NCBI GenBank assembly: GCA_976226885.1
Contig: OZ320315.1
Span: 84,258,001 to 84,322,000, forward strand
DNA length: 64,000 bases
Reading direction: 5' to 3'
From: Iphione sp. A-MEVVRFRX5
Taxonomy: Eukaryota
The notes under the pieces were generated by a model. It made no database searches. It saw nothing but the letters and a program-made list of their open reading frames with translations, and was not told the origin of the DNA. Position numbers and translations under genes: made by a program. Below are positions 1 to 12,850 of this stretch, piece after piece (the stretch's first letter is position 1; each line of letters begins with the position of its first letter).

Positions 1-3000
1 TCCGAAATCCATACCATTTACCCTGAATCCACACGAGCTCTGACGTTTGCCTGTGTGTCCCTCCAACCTCACATCCTACTATCATCTCATCACGCTCTGC
101 TCAAACTGCTGCTTCCTCTGCCTCGCCCAAAGGCATGCCAGTCAGGATATTGAAGTCAAATAATCCATTGGCATTTCCCTCTTGCTCCTGGTTTGCCAGC
201 CGGTAATGGCTGTTTGGTGCTAAGCCCATTTCTTCACTACTGCCCTCAACTGGTATCTGACCCTGGGATATTCGCTTTACGATGTTACCTGAACAAGGCG
301 ATGTGAAGCGGGTTTTCCCTCTTCCTGTCTGTGGTTATCCTCCTGACAGATTGCTGTATTACACGAGTCCTTCCTACAGAAGGTGCAGAACACGTCCATA
401 CAGTTCGGTCTTCCTCGATTCAAGGTGGACAGAGTATAGTGATGGGTGTTTATGTGGCTAGTCTCCCTTGCCTGCCTCCTATCAGCAGTATCTCCTCGTT
501 ATGCGCATTTGCGGCGCAACGCCGACGCCCGAATGGCGGGTTTGTGTAGACGCCCTATGCATTACTGTACCCCATCACACTTTGGAGATACTGTAAGTAC
601 CATTGCAACTCGCACTGAAACATATTTCATGACTGTTAGAAAATACTTTGAAGTGTCTTATTAAAACCACTTGTTTGGGATGAAAATCTTACTTGTATTA
701 TTTGACGATAAAATTACCTTAAGGAAACGACCAATGTAAGTGAAATAAAATCAGAAGCAGCGCGCCAGAGAAGGTCATGATGTTCGTAATTAAGCTGGCT
801 TATCTCTGGGCAAAAGTAAGCTTTATTATCGCCCAACTAATATCCTATCGCAAATGTCATTCGGCGTAAAACGTCTCTAGTGGATTCCGATGCTACTAGA
901 GAGCGTTTATTGGTCGGGGGCTTTTTTTGCCTCGGTGGTGCCGTTAATTACAGCGTCTATTCCAGATATGCACAACTTTTGATTGGCTTTGTTTGCCGCA
1001 CCATGACCTCTGACTAAACGGGAAAAAAACGCTACATGCTCTCTGGTACCTCCTGCAAAACGCTGCTCGGTGTTATCAGTAGAGGAAACACGTAGTTTTC
1101 GCTCATATAAGGTCAGGTTATGAGTTAAGATGAAAGATCATTGGTGGAAAAGTGAACAATCACTATCATTAAACGCATTTCAAGACGTCCTTTCAGAAAA
1201 CGCGACTACAGGTTTTACTGATAAAGGCGACCTACGAAAAACTGACAACAAATGACTGGGACTGTGATGCGTCCTCTTCCTCGTCTCTTCCTTTCAATGT
1301 TTTGTGTATTTCTTAGTGAAGTCATACGCATTTTTTTTCGAACAACTCCCGTGAAAGCCTGATTGGGGACCCTTTAACATAGTGAGGTCTGTATAACAGC
1401 ATGCGATCATTATGTGAAGGTAGACCCCTTACACAGACAGAAACTCACAACGGACCTACGAACAGCTCGGTTCTCTGTGCTTGATTGACGTTTGATGATC
1501 GATTTATACATGTACATGTGCATCTACACGTAATGTGCTCGATTGAAAATGTCGTTCATGCATCAAGGCCGTCGATACATAAATCTTGAGATAAGAATGG
1601 TGGAACCATCCATCTATTAAAGATAACAATAATGGAATAACACATGTGCGAGGGGCAGGTGTTGCTGAGAGCCAAATTCAGACGAATTTGCATTCCATCT
1701 ATGAGAGATCGTGACAGAACGAGGGTTTTCATACCGGCACTGGGGAAGATTAGGCGACGGAAAACACCTGTGCCATCAGAATGAATTGTGTCTCGGTCAG
1801 CTATTGAACAGCACGGAGACAGGTAGCCGACACGTTGTCGCCGGGTGCTATCAACAATGCCAGGCCGATTAACTGTGTCCAGTGTCGGCTCAATAAATAA
1901 TACAAGTTATCTGTGAGTCGTCCTCAACCGCATGTACAGGCAACGGTGACAATAACATCGTCAGCCGGGGGATGCACTAGGAAAGTAGGTCCTTATTCAG
2001 AGGATGGTGATTGTATATTGTAAATAATATTCAACAGAATTAGCAAACTAAAAGTTAGCGAATCAAGCTTACAGGGAAAAAAAATTCTAGATTCGTAACG
2101 TTGATATGCAGTCTTTGTTTCATCTTCTTCTTGTGTTATTCTGTTCGATACATTTGTTTCTCAAGGCGAAGTGGGGTTTAATGAAATATTTTTGAGCATT
2201 ATTGCAACGGTCCTGTCTATGAATTTGCATACATGACTTAAACCTAACATGTCTTAATTACAACTAGAATTCCCGTTAAAATGTTATTAAGAGCTCCAAT
2301 AACTACTGAGCCTATCATATTTTAACCATCAAGCATTTTAGTCAGCCGAGGGGATGAAGGCAAGTAGAATTTAAAAGGGGAAAACCACTTGGAAATTAGC
2401 ATATCGTTCTGTTCTACGCTTGGATGGAGGGCAACAAGTGAGGATCGATATGGACAACAGTAGGTAAAAACGAGGGGAGGGATCAAATCGGACTTGACGT
2501 TGAATCGTATAATCAATGGCGAGCGGTAATGGTTGCGTTGCTATGTAGGCCCCCTTGTTCTATTGACTGTGACATAATTACATTCAGTGAAGAGCTATTG
2601 TACAGCTGATCGTGGATGGAGAGCGTTGCTCAAGAGCACTCTTCATTAGTCACTGTCGTCAACAGTTCTGTTTTACCAAACGCTCTTTGTATTAAAGTCT
2701 ATTGACCAAAAAAACACACTCCACACGACCACACATAACGACAGCGTACAAAAGGTTTTAGCAGACGTTAATCTCTCCTGTATTGTTCGATGTGATTTCA
2801 ACAAAACTGCTCACAGGAGATGAAATTTAATGGACAATCATACATCTAATACACGTCTCTTGTTTTTCGTTTGGGATGGCCAGCCCGAAGAGAATATGAA
2901 GATTGACTCGGCTAGAGTTTCATATTACATCCGTCATATTGTCGCTGTCCTGCAAATAATAATCATTCTGTTGCGTAGGCACGGGGGGTCTGGCGGCGGC

Positions 3001-6000
3001 GGGCGCCCACACTGAAGGGGATCTGTACGGAGAACACCACTGAGCGACGATGACACCAGCACAATGTCGCCCGGGGAAAAAGCTCATAATGCATTGGGGC
3101 GTGTACACGGTTCCGGAGCGCTCCGGCATGGGAATCCTACCAAGTGTAGAAATAAATACGACGAGCCGGGCGCGCAACGCGACCCGCGCCTAGGGACAAT
3201 GGCGGGATGAGCGGATCGTGTCGACTGTCTCTCATCTAGTGGCGCGACGGTCATAGAGAGTTGATGACATCCTATCTGTCCTCGAGCGACGGCTGAGGGT
3301 GGGTGGGGGAGGAGGAGGGGGGGTATCACTGCCGACTACGAGGGACGTGAGGGTGAGGGTTGTGAGGCATAGGAAGGGGGAGGCGGGAGGAGGTGGTGGC
3401 AAAAAACCATCCCAAACCAAACTCAGCATGATGATGTGAGCGCAATCGAATCAAGCTAATGTGATGGCTGCCGCACCACGTGCGCATTGTGGCCGCCATC
3501 TTGACCAACCAGGTACGTCACCTTCGGCCATCAGCACCGCCTAGCGGCCAGCTAACAGCTTTAGGACATCAAAGACGACTAACCGTGTTGTGTGCCACGC
3601 CGACTGGCTCGGCATCAGGTGTGAAGGAGGAGGACCACGGAGGGCCCAGCGCCGGGCCACCTTCAGCCCGACTAGATGGAATGCTTGATGGATGTGATGG
3701 GCTCCAGCTGATAAGATTCCACTCCAGGCGAGCCCGAGTGTTGGCAACCCCCACCAAGGGCTATGATTGTCTTGCCTGAGAGCATTTGATAAACCCGGTG
3801 TCGCCATGGCTTTACCTTTCAACTAGCCCCCACATACACGTATGTTCTATATTTAAACATCTTTGCAATTGGACCTAAGCGTAATTAGGTCTGATTTCTA
3901 AGTACGCCATTACAATTGATTAAACATTGAATGGGTTACGCTCGCGGTAAAGGTATTGACTCGCTAGTGTTATACCTTACCTCTGGCTTGATTCCAGCGG
4001 ACATAACAGTGTCGGGATCAATGGGCGTTCCCACTTCACGAGGGCCAATCTACCACAACTCCCTTCCACCAGCTCGCCCTTCACCAAGTGATTCTGCCCT
4101 GCCCACCACCACGTGAGCGTTCACACGAGACAACACGAGAAGACCATATGTGTCGGCCTGCTTCTGATCAATCGACCCCGGGCACGAAAGGGTTCGAGGC
4201 TATCACCAGACACGCTGGCGATCCGAACCCCGGGGGCCAAAGGTACCGGATTTGCGGCTATGGATTCTGCACAAACCGGTCCGCGCTGGGCGTGTTTAAG
4301 TGTCATGGAAGATGCGAGTGTTTTATCTCCTTTAGTCCACACCCCCTTGAGCTGCTCATTCTGATCCCTGAGATGCTGCTTTCAGCTGCCCTGAGCAGAC
4401 CCCGTCCTCGGGAGACAGGTGGACGGGCTTAGGTCAGGGCGGAACTAAGCGCCAAAATTCTGTCGCTATAGCTGCTGTGGCCTTGGGCTTCTGACCTTTC
4501 AGCTAACGTAGGTGTAAGCAAAGACCAAACAGAAGTAAATGATCCAAGAGGCAGGACACTTCCCATAAGTATTTCTGTAGTCGTGAGGAAGGCGTTGAAA
4601 GAGGGATATAATATATACTACACCAGTTGGTCGTTGATACGATTTTCCTTCCCGTCTTCACTAGCCATCACCTAATAAGAGTCATTCCATGGCGACATTA
4701 AAGCAGCACAATACTGTGCCTTCAATAGAAGCCCGTATGATGCTGCCATATTGGGTAGTTGAAATATGACATAGGAATTCTAGACTTAGCTTTCACCAAA
4801 AGCAGCGGCTGTGAGTGTAACGGAAGCGAGCGGCAGTACTGGTATATGTGCTCATCATATTTCACTAGGATCCTACTCTGATGGCTGCCAGTGGGCTGAC
4901 CAACAATAGGGTCAGCACCTCTGACAGCCAGTTAACAAGCTCGTGAAGATGCATCGCCTTCGCGTGTCCCCATTTCACCTGCCCCCTCCCTCCCTCCCCC
5001 TAGTGGTGTTGGCGCCTTACATAGCGGACGAGCAAACCCGTTGCCCATCCTGCGCGTCAGGCAGTCCCCGTTTGTTGTGGGCGTCCGCCTTTTACGGATG
5101 GACTCCGGCTTCCGTGCTGACACCTGCACGTAGAGCTGACACCCTAATGTATCTTCCGCCACCTCTGGAGCAAAGTGGGACTCGGAGGAGTCTCATTAAT
5201 GCTATACCCGCCGTATCAGTGAGCCACTAGTGGCGCTTCACAGCTCCCGCGGGTGTTGTGAGTTGGCCAACACATCCTCTCCAGTTCGCCGTAGCAAAAG
5301 AAGACCACTAAGAGAGAAAAAGGCCCACCTTCGTGTGGTCGAGGGGAAATGACCAGCACAAACTACGCAACAAAGCAGCGGTAGTGTGTGGTGCATAGCG
5401 GCAGGTGGGGAGGAGGGGGTAGCCAAATGGTCTGAATTCTATGTGAGGTTACCTACTAAATGACATAATCCTTCCTGGTGTCGTCATGTCGCACACAGGC
5501 TGGTATTTGGCATTCCTCATGTGGTAGGCAGTTTGCTGCTTGATGCTGTTCTGTTGCACATGACTTGGTAATTGGCAGCCCAGTGTACCATCTGGTTGCT
5601 GCTTGACACTGTCATGCTCTACGTGTTCAAGTTTTGGTACTTGATGCCCTCGTGTAGTAGATACATGTAGTCTGCTACATGCACTCGTTGTCCTCCTGTT
5701 GTACATGGCTAGCCTGTTATATACATATATAGGGATGTGAAGTGCTGCTTTCTTTGACTGGCCACATACTGTATGCGAAGAATGCGTTACAATAAAGGAG
5801 TACATGGACAATATGGCAGGGGGAATATATAGGGAACGTCTCAAATTACTTTGGAAATGTGTCCTTCTAAATAATGTACGAGAACACTTGCCATTTTGGC
5901 CATGTTTCAATAAAACATTTTCAATATACTGTGCACAATGTCAATTTCCATTGCCCATATCTATATTCCATAACTTTAATTTTATGTCCCTAACACGCCT

Positions 6001-8353
6001 ACACTCGGACCAGAGACGGTCGTATCCTTGTACTGTAGATATGTTTGCATACAAGCGTGGGAGTAATGTGCTGTTGTATCTGTGGTCATGTCCGTTTACC
6101 GTGTTCGACCGACACCTGGCACATACATGAGGACCTGTCGTAATAAGAGCATCCCTCGCCAACTGGATGGGACCCGCTGGCTCTGTGTTCAAAAGTAAAG
6201 TAAAAAAACAATTGTAAAGAGGGAAACAAGGCCAAGAGTGTCCTCCATTGCCAAGGTCATCGTCGTTCACCACGTGACCCAAAAAGGGCTCACGTGGTTT
6301 GCGCAGACTAGTGCTGGGACACGGCGGATTTGTCATACAAAGTGCCATGACTTCAACCCTGACAACAGGAAGCGCATCACGGTAGAAGTCAATGTCGAGT
6401 TTATGTACTTCAGGAATTACATCTTTATATAAGGGTACCATGTTCTTATTTTGAACGTGATGGATATGATGTATAATTGACTCTGTCCTGATTCTGATTT
6501 CTTCAAGTTATTTGCTACGACATCAATAAATACAAAGAAACTTTACTCAGTTGGAGCTTTTGTGTGGCAGGAGGAGTAAATATATTTCCTAGCACCTGTA
6601 CCGAACCTCCTAAAGCAAGCTTTCACGTAAATGTCGTTTGCTTGTCGCTATTGTCAGAAACAAAAACTACCGTGCGCGTGCAGCACTTGTGGTGCTTCAA
6701 GCTGACAGCAGTCAGGTCGTGGTGGCCACTCATTGCTGACAAGCAACAGATATTTAATACCACAGAAGGCCCGAATAAAAACCTCTAGCCGGCTTCAACT
6801 GTCACTGTCCAGATGTCAATACCGGTATCCATGACGTCACAATATCTGACACGTAACTGGGGCTTCCTGGTGGGCTGCAACTTCCGGTTCCGGTCATAAT
6901 GGCGATACGAGGGTGCATTGACGGTGAAAAAGACTATCTGCTGGTGGGCGTGAAGTATATTCATATATATGTATATATAGAACATCCTGTTGGAAAATAC
7001 ACGTAGCTAGAAGCCGAGTAATTAATTTGACGCCTACTGATATTGAAAGAATAGAGGGAATACGTCGTGTGAGTGTGAGTGGGTGGGGAGGTGGGTGGTT
7101 GCCACAATCCCCCTATGTTTCCCCTTTCGTATCCTCTCATATGTAATTTCTCTATCGAAATACTAACAAAATGGAATGCAAAACAACATCTTCGTGTAAT
7201 AAGACGTCAACTTTCGGTGGAGTATAGGCAGTGATTGATTTTAGCCAATGGAACGTGACGGTAAATAAGCAAACTAGGAATTACCTTTTCGGTGAGATAT
7301 TAGTTCCCTAAATAAGACTAAGTGATGTAATCTTAGTCCATCATGCTGGCGATCAGAACTGAGCCTTATATATATGAAATACAAAAATGCAGTTTCTTTT
7401 ATTTATTTAATGCGGCTGAGGAATATTGATTTCCCCAGTAGCTCATACAAAGAAAGGAACTACATATAGGTAAACATTTTCAAAAGATGAAGTTGGTACT
7501 GTGCGCACATATATAATGAAGTTTTTTCTTAGACCCATCGGACAAAATTCTGTGGAAATTCCAGAGTTGGGTCTGTGATATTTTGTGTTAGGTGCAGGGG
7601 ATGAATTTTGGTCGCTTTATACATTCAGGTGGCAGCACCTCAGCGACTTTCAGAGTGTGCGCTGGTAGCACAGCACCAAGCCTTTACCGAGTATGCTGCC
7701 ACCTTGTGGCAAATTACTGGTTGAGACGACTGGAAATCATAACGGACCCTCCTACCTCTTCTGACAATGGTCAACTATCCAGCCCCCGAACCTTTCTACT
7801 TCTTCTTAATCTGGCAGCAAAACGTGTACATTTATACAATGTACTGCAACCAGTAAAGTACGTATCAGTAACATTTTCTAAACAAATAAGTTGCATATAG
7901 CAGTCATGCACATACTCCGATAAAGTATGCACGTAGCAGCGACTGTTGCAATAGTATCAATATCATGCCAACGCCTTTGGTCCAGTTACCAGCAATGGAA
8001 TTGCACAAGGGTTCGCAAATGCTGTCAGCGTATGGTCAATTTTCTCCATCCTTTTCCTAAGAGTACTGAGTTGACGAGTAATTAGTACTATATACAGCCG
8101 AAACATCGACCATTTTCATCCATTTGTAGAAATGGGATACAGCACTACCATCAGAGCTGCAGAGGGAACGATGATGCCAGCCCAACTCTCCCCTCTAAAC
8201 GGTACTAACAATTGATGAGTTGATCCTCTGGCTCCCTGAAGGGATTGGGGCCAAGTCGGGTCAGATAAACCAGGGATTATCAGGAGCAGTTGTAAAACCA
8301 AGATAAAACGTCGGGGGAAGGTTCAACTGTCCGTCGCCATATTTAAAAATGTA

Positions 8354-8380
8354 CCCCCCCCCCCCCCCACACACACACAC
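8354..8380. repeat. Poly-C followed by (AC)n
   Basis: C15 then ACACACACACAC, seen directly. Confidence 0.9.
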
Positions 8381-11351
8381 AAAAAGTTACCGACTAACAG
8401 ACATGGTAGCAAAGAGAACTAGATGGGATTGATTCCACCTGCACAGAATGGGGTGATCATGTTCGATGAAATGATCCTAATCAGGATACCTACCGCCTGT
8501 TCATGAGTTTCTCTGTGCCTTTTCTCTCATGAGGCCGGGGACCGCCATCCCACGAGATGCAATCAACTCAGGCTGCGCTGACAGCGCCATCTCCCGACAT
8601 GTCCGGCACTAGTGGCGCCCCCTGGACGCGGTTTCCCCAGGGGGCGCCAGTGGCCGGGCGGTCTTTTCAGCCTTACTTATCAGAGGGTCGCAGACTCGAT
8701 GTGTCTAATTGGCAATGGACACTGACGAAGCCGGGAAAATGGCCTTGCAATCGCGCTTTACTCTGACCGAGGAGGTCACCTGATGTAAGCTGCATTAGGG
8801 GGGTGCGTATTAGCCTGGACGATGAAATACTATCAGACTGCTGATTGATGAAATACCGTGGAAGGCGAGGGGAAATGTGTGTTTTTTTTCATTTAAATGC
8901 AATTCCGGGCTGAAAACCGCAAAAAAACCCTTAATTTCGAAGGGTCGTGCTTATTGATGAGTTTCCATCAAACATTTAAAACTTGCATACACACACCATA
9001 TGTCAAAGTAAAGTGTGTAAGTTCATGCGAGGCAATATCCTAGCAATTAATCTAATACACATGTAATACATATGTATGAATTTAGAGGATGTAAGTACGT
9101 AAGAGGCAGTTGGCAGGCTAGGCAACAGGGCCATAAAAGAAATTGGACGCCTCACCAAACAGAGCGAAGCCCCATTCATCGCGGTGTAAAAGAACACCAA
9201 AATATCAATCAGTCGTGTACATAACATATGTCTCCAGAGGCGGCTGAGCATGCAGTGCGGGATGGGCTTGGCACAGTTTCCATTCAGCCGCCTGCGCGTG
9301 AACACAGTCCAACGAAACGTGGACGAGACACGGAGTAGGATAGAAAAATATGACCCGAAGGAAGCGAGAATTCCCGAGGGGATTTACTCCCATCTTCGGG
9401 GCTCTAACTACATGGCGAGGCCTGGCAATCCCCGAGGATTCAAGTCTGCAGCGCCGAGTGGGGGATCGAACTTAAGACCCTGGTTCGGTGTCACACGCAA
9501 CACATCAAAGAGGATAGGTTTTTCTCCCTCTCTCTCTGAGGGACCCAGACACTGCGACACCGATGGTTTACGCCAGCCAATAAAAGGAGACCGCCGGATG
9601 ATTTGCGCATGTCCGCCGCACGTGGCAGACAGGTCTTCTCTGTGGCGATGCCTCTTATTATTGGCGTCTTTACTTTTATGGTAAAAGCAGATAATTTCTT
9701 GGAAACGCTCGTAAATATGGCAGGGCCGACGACCAGTGAGGCATCCTGCATGTTAAATATGGCATCCCTACGCGGTTCCGAATTTGCATCGCATCAAGGT
9801 TATGGTGATTTCAAAGGGAAATCTAATTCTTGACCATTTAAATAATCTTTTCATTAACTAAAGGGACTTCGTTCTTTGGGGGCCCTACTATAAATGCATA
9901 GGCCGTGTGTGGAATAATTAACTGATTAATCGTAGGATCGATGTCTCTGTAATTAATTATAACCCATTAAGTTTCTCCCAATACACGAACCAAGTTCTAG
10001 TTCTAACTGCATTAGATGACAGTATTATCTATTTTCATGCTAAATACACAGCTAATTGGTCGGCCATGATGAATGCTAGTCTCCAGCCATGACAAACAGA
10101 CGGCTGATTGAATGCGTCTTGGAGGAAAGCCATAATCATGGCATAAAATGGAAATCACACGGCGGGCCACCCGGCAGCGCCTTGTTCTACATCGATGAAT
10201 ATGTTTGAGGATTCGGATTCAGTTTGTTCGATTACCTCGCGCCAGTAGATCTTCTTTTCGCCTCTTATCTCGTCGTTTTTCGACTTGTTCTTTCTCTATT
10301 TCAATCACCGATGCCGCGGTCTAATCGAGCGGCAGTATTGCGACAAGCTTGCCTGTTTTAGGAAGAGCCAATATTGTGCGAAGGATGAGTAGAAGGAGGA
10401 ACAGCGGGCGGATAGCTGTGTCTGAATGTGGGAAGCTGGGAGGGGGGGCATGAAGACTGGGAAAAGAGTAAATGCAGGAGGACCCAGTGCTGCAGGGGAA
10501 CTCTCGATCTCCACGTTCAGTACTAATCACAGAGGCGCCGTCATTATGGCATTAGATTAGAACTGTGATCTGCGCTGCCGGCCGCAACGATGGGGGCCCC
10601 ACTGCCGCCGCCTCTTTCTGTTTCGCTAATCTCTCCATCTCTATGCCCCGCTATATTTCGTCGTGTTTATTCATATTCTAACAGACGTCTCCACGTGCAG
10701 ATCGCCATTTCTGAGCATGCTCACCAAACACCGCTCCCAAATAACTACGGCAAACACAATATCGCACATTTGCATAGATATTAGGATGCGCTGAGGCGGT
10801 CTGCCGCCGCAAACGTCACCGACGCAGGCAACCGTACACGTGGTGTCCTTTAACTGATAACCTATTTTCCCGACTTTATTGGTGGAGCATGTCAGCCTGT
10901 TAAAACAATAAGTGGTAAACAGGTGGTCTCCTTGTCTGGTGTGAGATAACGGCGACTGATGTCGTGTCAGATCCACGCATGACACTAGTCTGTTTGGCCA
11001 AAGACACAAGCCCCATCAGCTGCATCAAAGACGGCCCGCGCCTTGACAGAGAGCTGACAAGACTGCTGCCATCTTATCAATGAATTAAGACAGAACTTAT
11101 ACCCCAGTACAGCATCTAATATTACTTGATGACATTCGCCATGAGACATACATCAATGAGAGAAGGATGATCATCCCGCCCCCCCCCCCCGGATAAAAAC
11201 AGTTCGGAGGAAAATAAAGGGATGTTATATACAATATAGAATCGCTGCGTATAGATGATATACACTCCACACACGCTGATAACGAACTATTCCCGTGAAT
11301 GGGCGTTGACTGACGGGAGATAATAACAGAAGTTATTAGAAACAAACCCAC

Positions 11352-11481
11352 CTCATACTCCATTTCGTCGATGTACTGGTCGTCGTAGTCGAGACCGTTG
11401 GCCATCTCTATATCGGTGAGGCCAAGGTCGACACTGGGCGAGAAGGCGACCGCCTGACGAGAGGTTGGGTTCATTAGAGAT
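11352..11481 (-). CDS. PDZRN3/PDZRN4: Next coding exon of the same PDZRN3/4-like gene (linker preceding PDZ2)
   Basis: Acceptor ttgcag|A, donor GAG|gtgggt. 130 nt = 1 + 43 codons, so it accepts the phase-2 end of the 37994 exon in frame: (G)SLMNPTSRQAVAFSPSVDLGLTDIEMANGLDYDDQYIDEMEYE. The phase-0 end DEMEYE| parallels vertebrate PDZD4 DELEYE| and PDZRN4 EDFEYE|, which precede the PDZ2 exon (recalled, not aligned). Confidence 0.78.
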
Positions 11482-11983
11482 CTGCAATATACGTAAAATT
11501 TCCCCTATTAATTACATGGAAAAAGTATTCTGTAATGTTACAGCCATTAGTATATACAGAGCTGCAAATATCTGCCATGAAGCTAACAAAATGAGTGTAT
11601 GTGTTATATAATTTCTAGAAAAAAACATCTGAAGAGCAGTGCAATAAAACTCTATTCAATGCAATTCTGCATTTGCACTTCGCACATACATGTACTTATA
11701 TACTCTACTAATCGCATGACATATACATTGAAAATCATTAGCTATGCTGAGAAAGGTTAAATATACACATAAGTATTACACCAAGGCGTTTGCATATATT
11801 TAGACATGTTGAGTGTGTCCTCTCCCTCCACCCCCTACCCCCCTCCCACCCCATGTCGTAGTCGAACGTGCACCTCCTAATGTAACGGTAGGCCAGGAGC
11901 GGACGCGGCAGTAGACGCGTCCTGAGAGGAAGGGCTTCCACCTGCGCCTACTCCTCCCGCCAGTCTCCAGCTGATGCTACGAA

Positions 11984-12125
11984 NNNNNNNNNNNNNNNNN
12001 NNNNNNNNNNNNNNNNNNNNNNNNNNNNNNNNNNNNNNNNNNNNNNNNNNNNNNNNNNNNNNNNNNNNNNNNNNNNNNNNNNNNNNNNNNNNNNNNNNNN
12101 NNNNNNNNNNNNNNNNNNNNNNNNN
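11984..12125. other. Assembly gap (142 N)
   Basis: Run of N. Confidence 1.
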
Positions 12126-12544
12126 CATGTCAACCTCCTTTGTGCCACAAAATAGGCCAATTCTAAACAGAAAATTGCAAATGCCGATATTATATGTGCT
12201 TCGCCAGGATATACTTCACGCGCTGATAACAAGAAAGCGTTAAACTTTGTTGTTGACCTTGCGTTGCCTTGCAATCTATGACCTTACTGCGACCACAGAT
12301 CTGGCAGGCGTCACAGATCTGTGAGATGCGAACTTTGTATTTCTTTTTGCTATTCTGTCGTTGAGATTCCACTGACTAAAATCTGGCAAGATGGAGGCAC
12401 GTTCAAAGCCGAACGACTGGTGAAGCTATAATGTAGTATATTGAACGTACTTGTCGGGGGATGGGACCCTGCTCTCTTTTGTGCTCCCGATTTTATATAG
12501 CTGGCGGCCATCTTAAAGCACATTAAAGTATAGGAGGCGACCTA

Positions 12545-12850
12545 ATAACATCGGCCTGCTTTCGTTCGAAAGTTGATTTGTTCTATCGCCCGAAGCATGC
12601 TATACCCATGTGTGGGGCGCAGCAACAACAAAACGCCATCTGATACGGTAATACTTGCTGGCTTTGGGCGAACGACGACTTCTTAGCACACAAACAGCGG
12701 TCCAGCAGAAAAGGATTAAACTTCCCCTACTGAGTGCTGTATTTCTAGAAGTGTATTCCCACGTTGACGTACACCTGGGAGGCACACATTTAGAGCACGT
12801 AATTTTCCACGCTCTGCACAACTGGGATGATACTGCCTGCGGCAAATATT
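12545..12850 (+). mobile_element. Decayed CR1/L2-type LINE 3-prime fragment
   Basis: Ordered remnants across frames: NIGLL, RP..(E)YTHVWG (12587-12618), LGERR (~12664) and FPRSAQL(W) (~12804). These resemble the IGLL / RPxLEYxxxVW / LxxRR / FFPRTIxxWNxLP motifs at the end of CR1/L2 ORF2. Heavily degenerate. Confidence 0.38.

Noticed and set aside
7650-7700. Minus-strand LGKGLVLCYQRT, resembling the PDZ2 exon motif KLGLTVCYRT
   Set aside because: An in-frame TGA follows, there is no EV.L start or acceptor, and no GIYVSE continuation.
9440-9520. Pol III B-box-like GTTCGATCCCC (minus), suggesting a tRNA gene or SINE
   Set aside because: No convincing A box, cloverleaf or SINE tail; at most a very old relic.
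12384-12404. TGGCAAGATGG resembling the miR-31 5-prime end (and GTAAAGAAGTAT at ~25816 resembling miR-1)
   Set aside because: Only partial matches, with no pre-miRNA hairpin.
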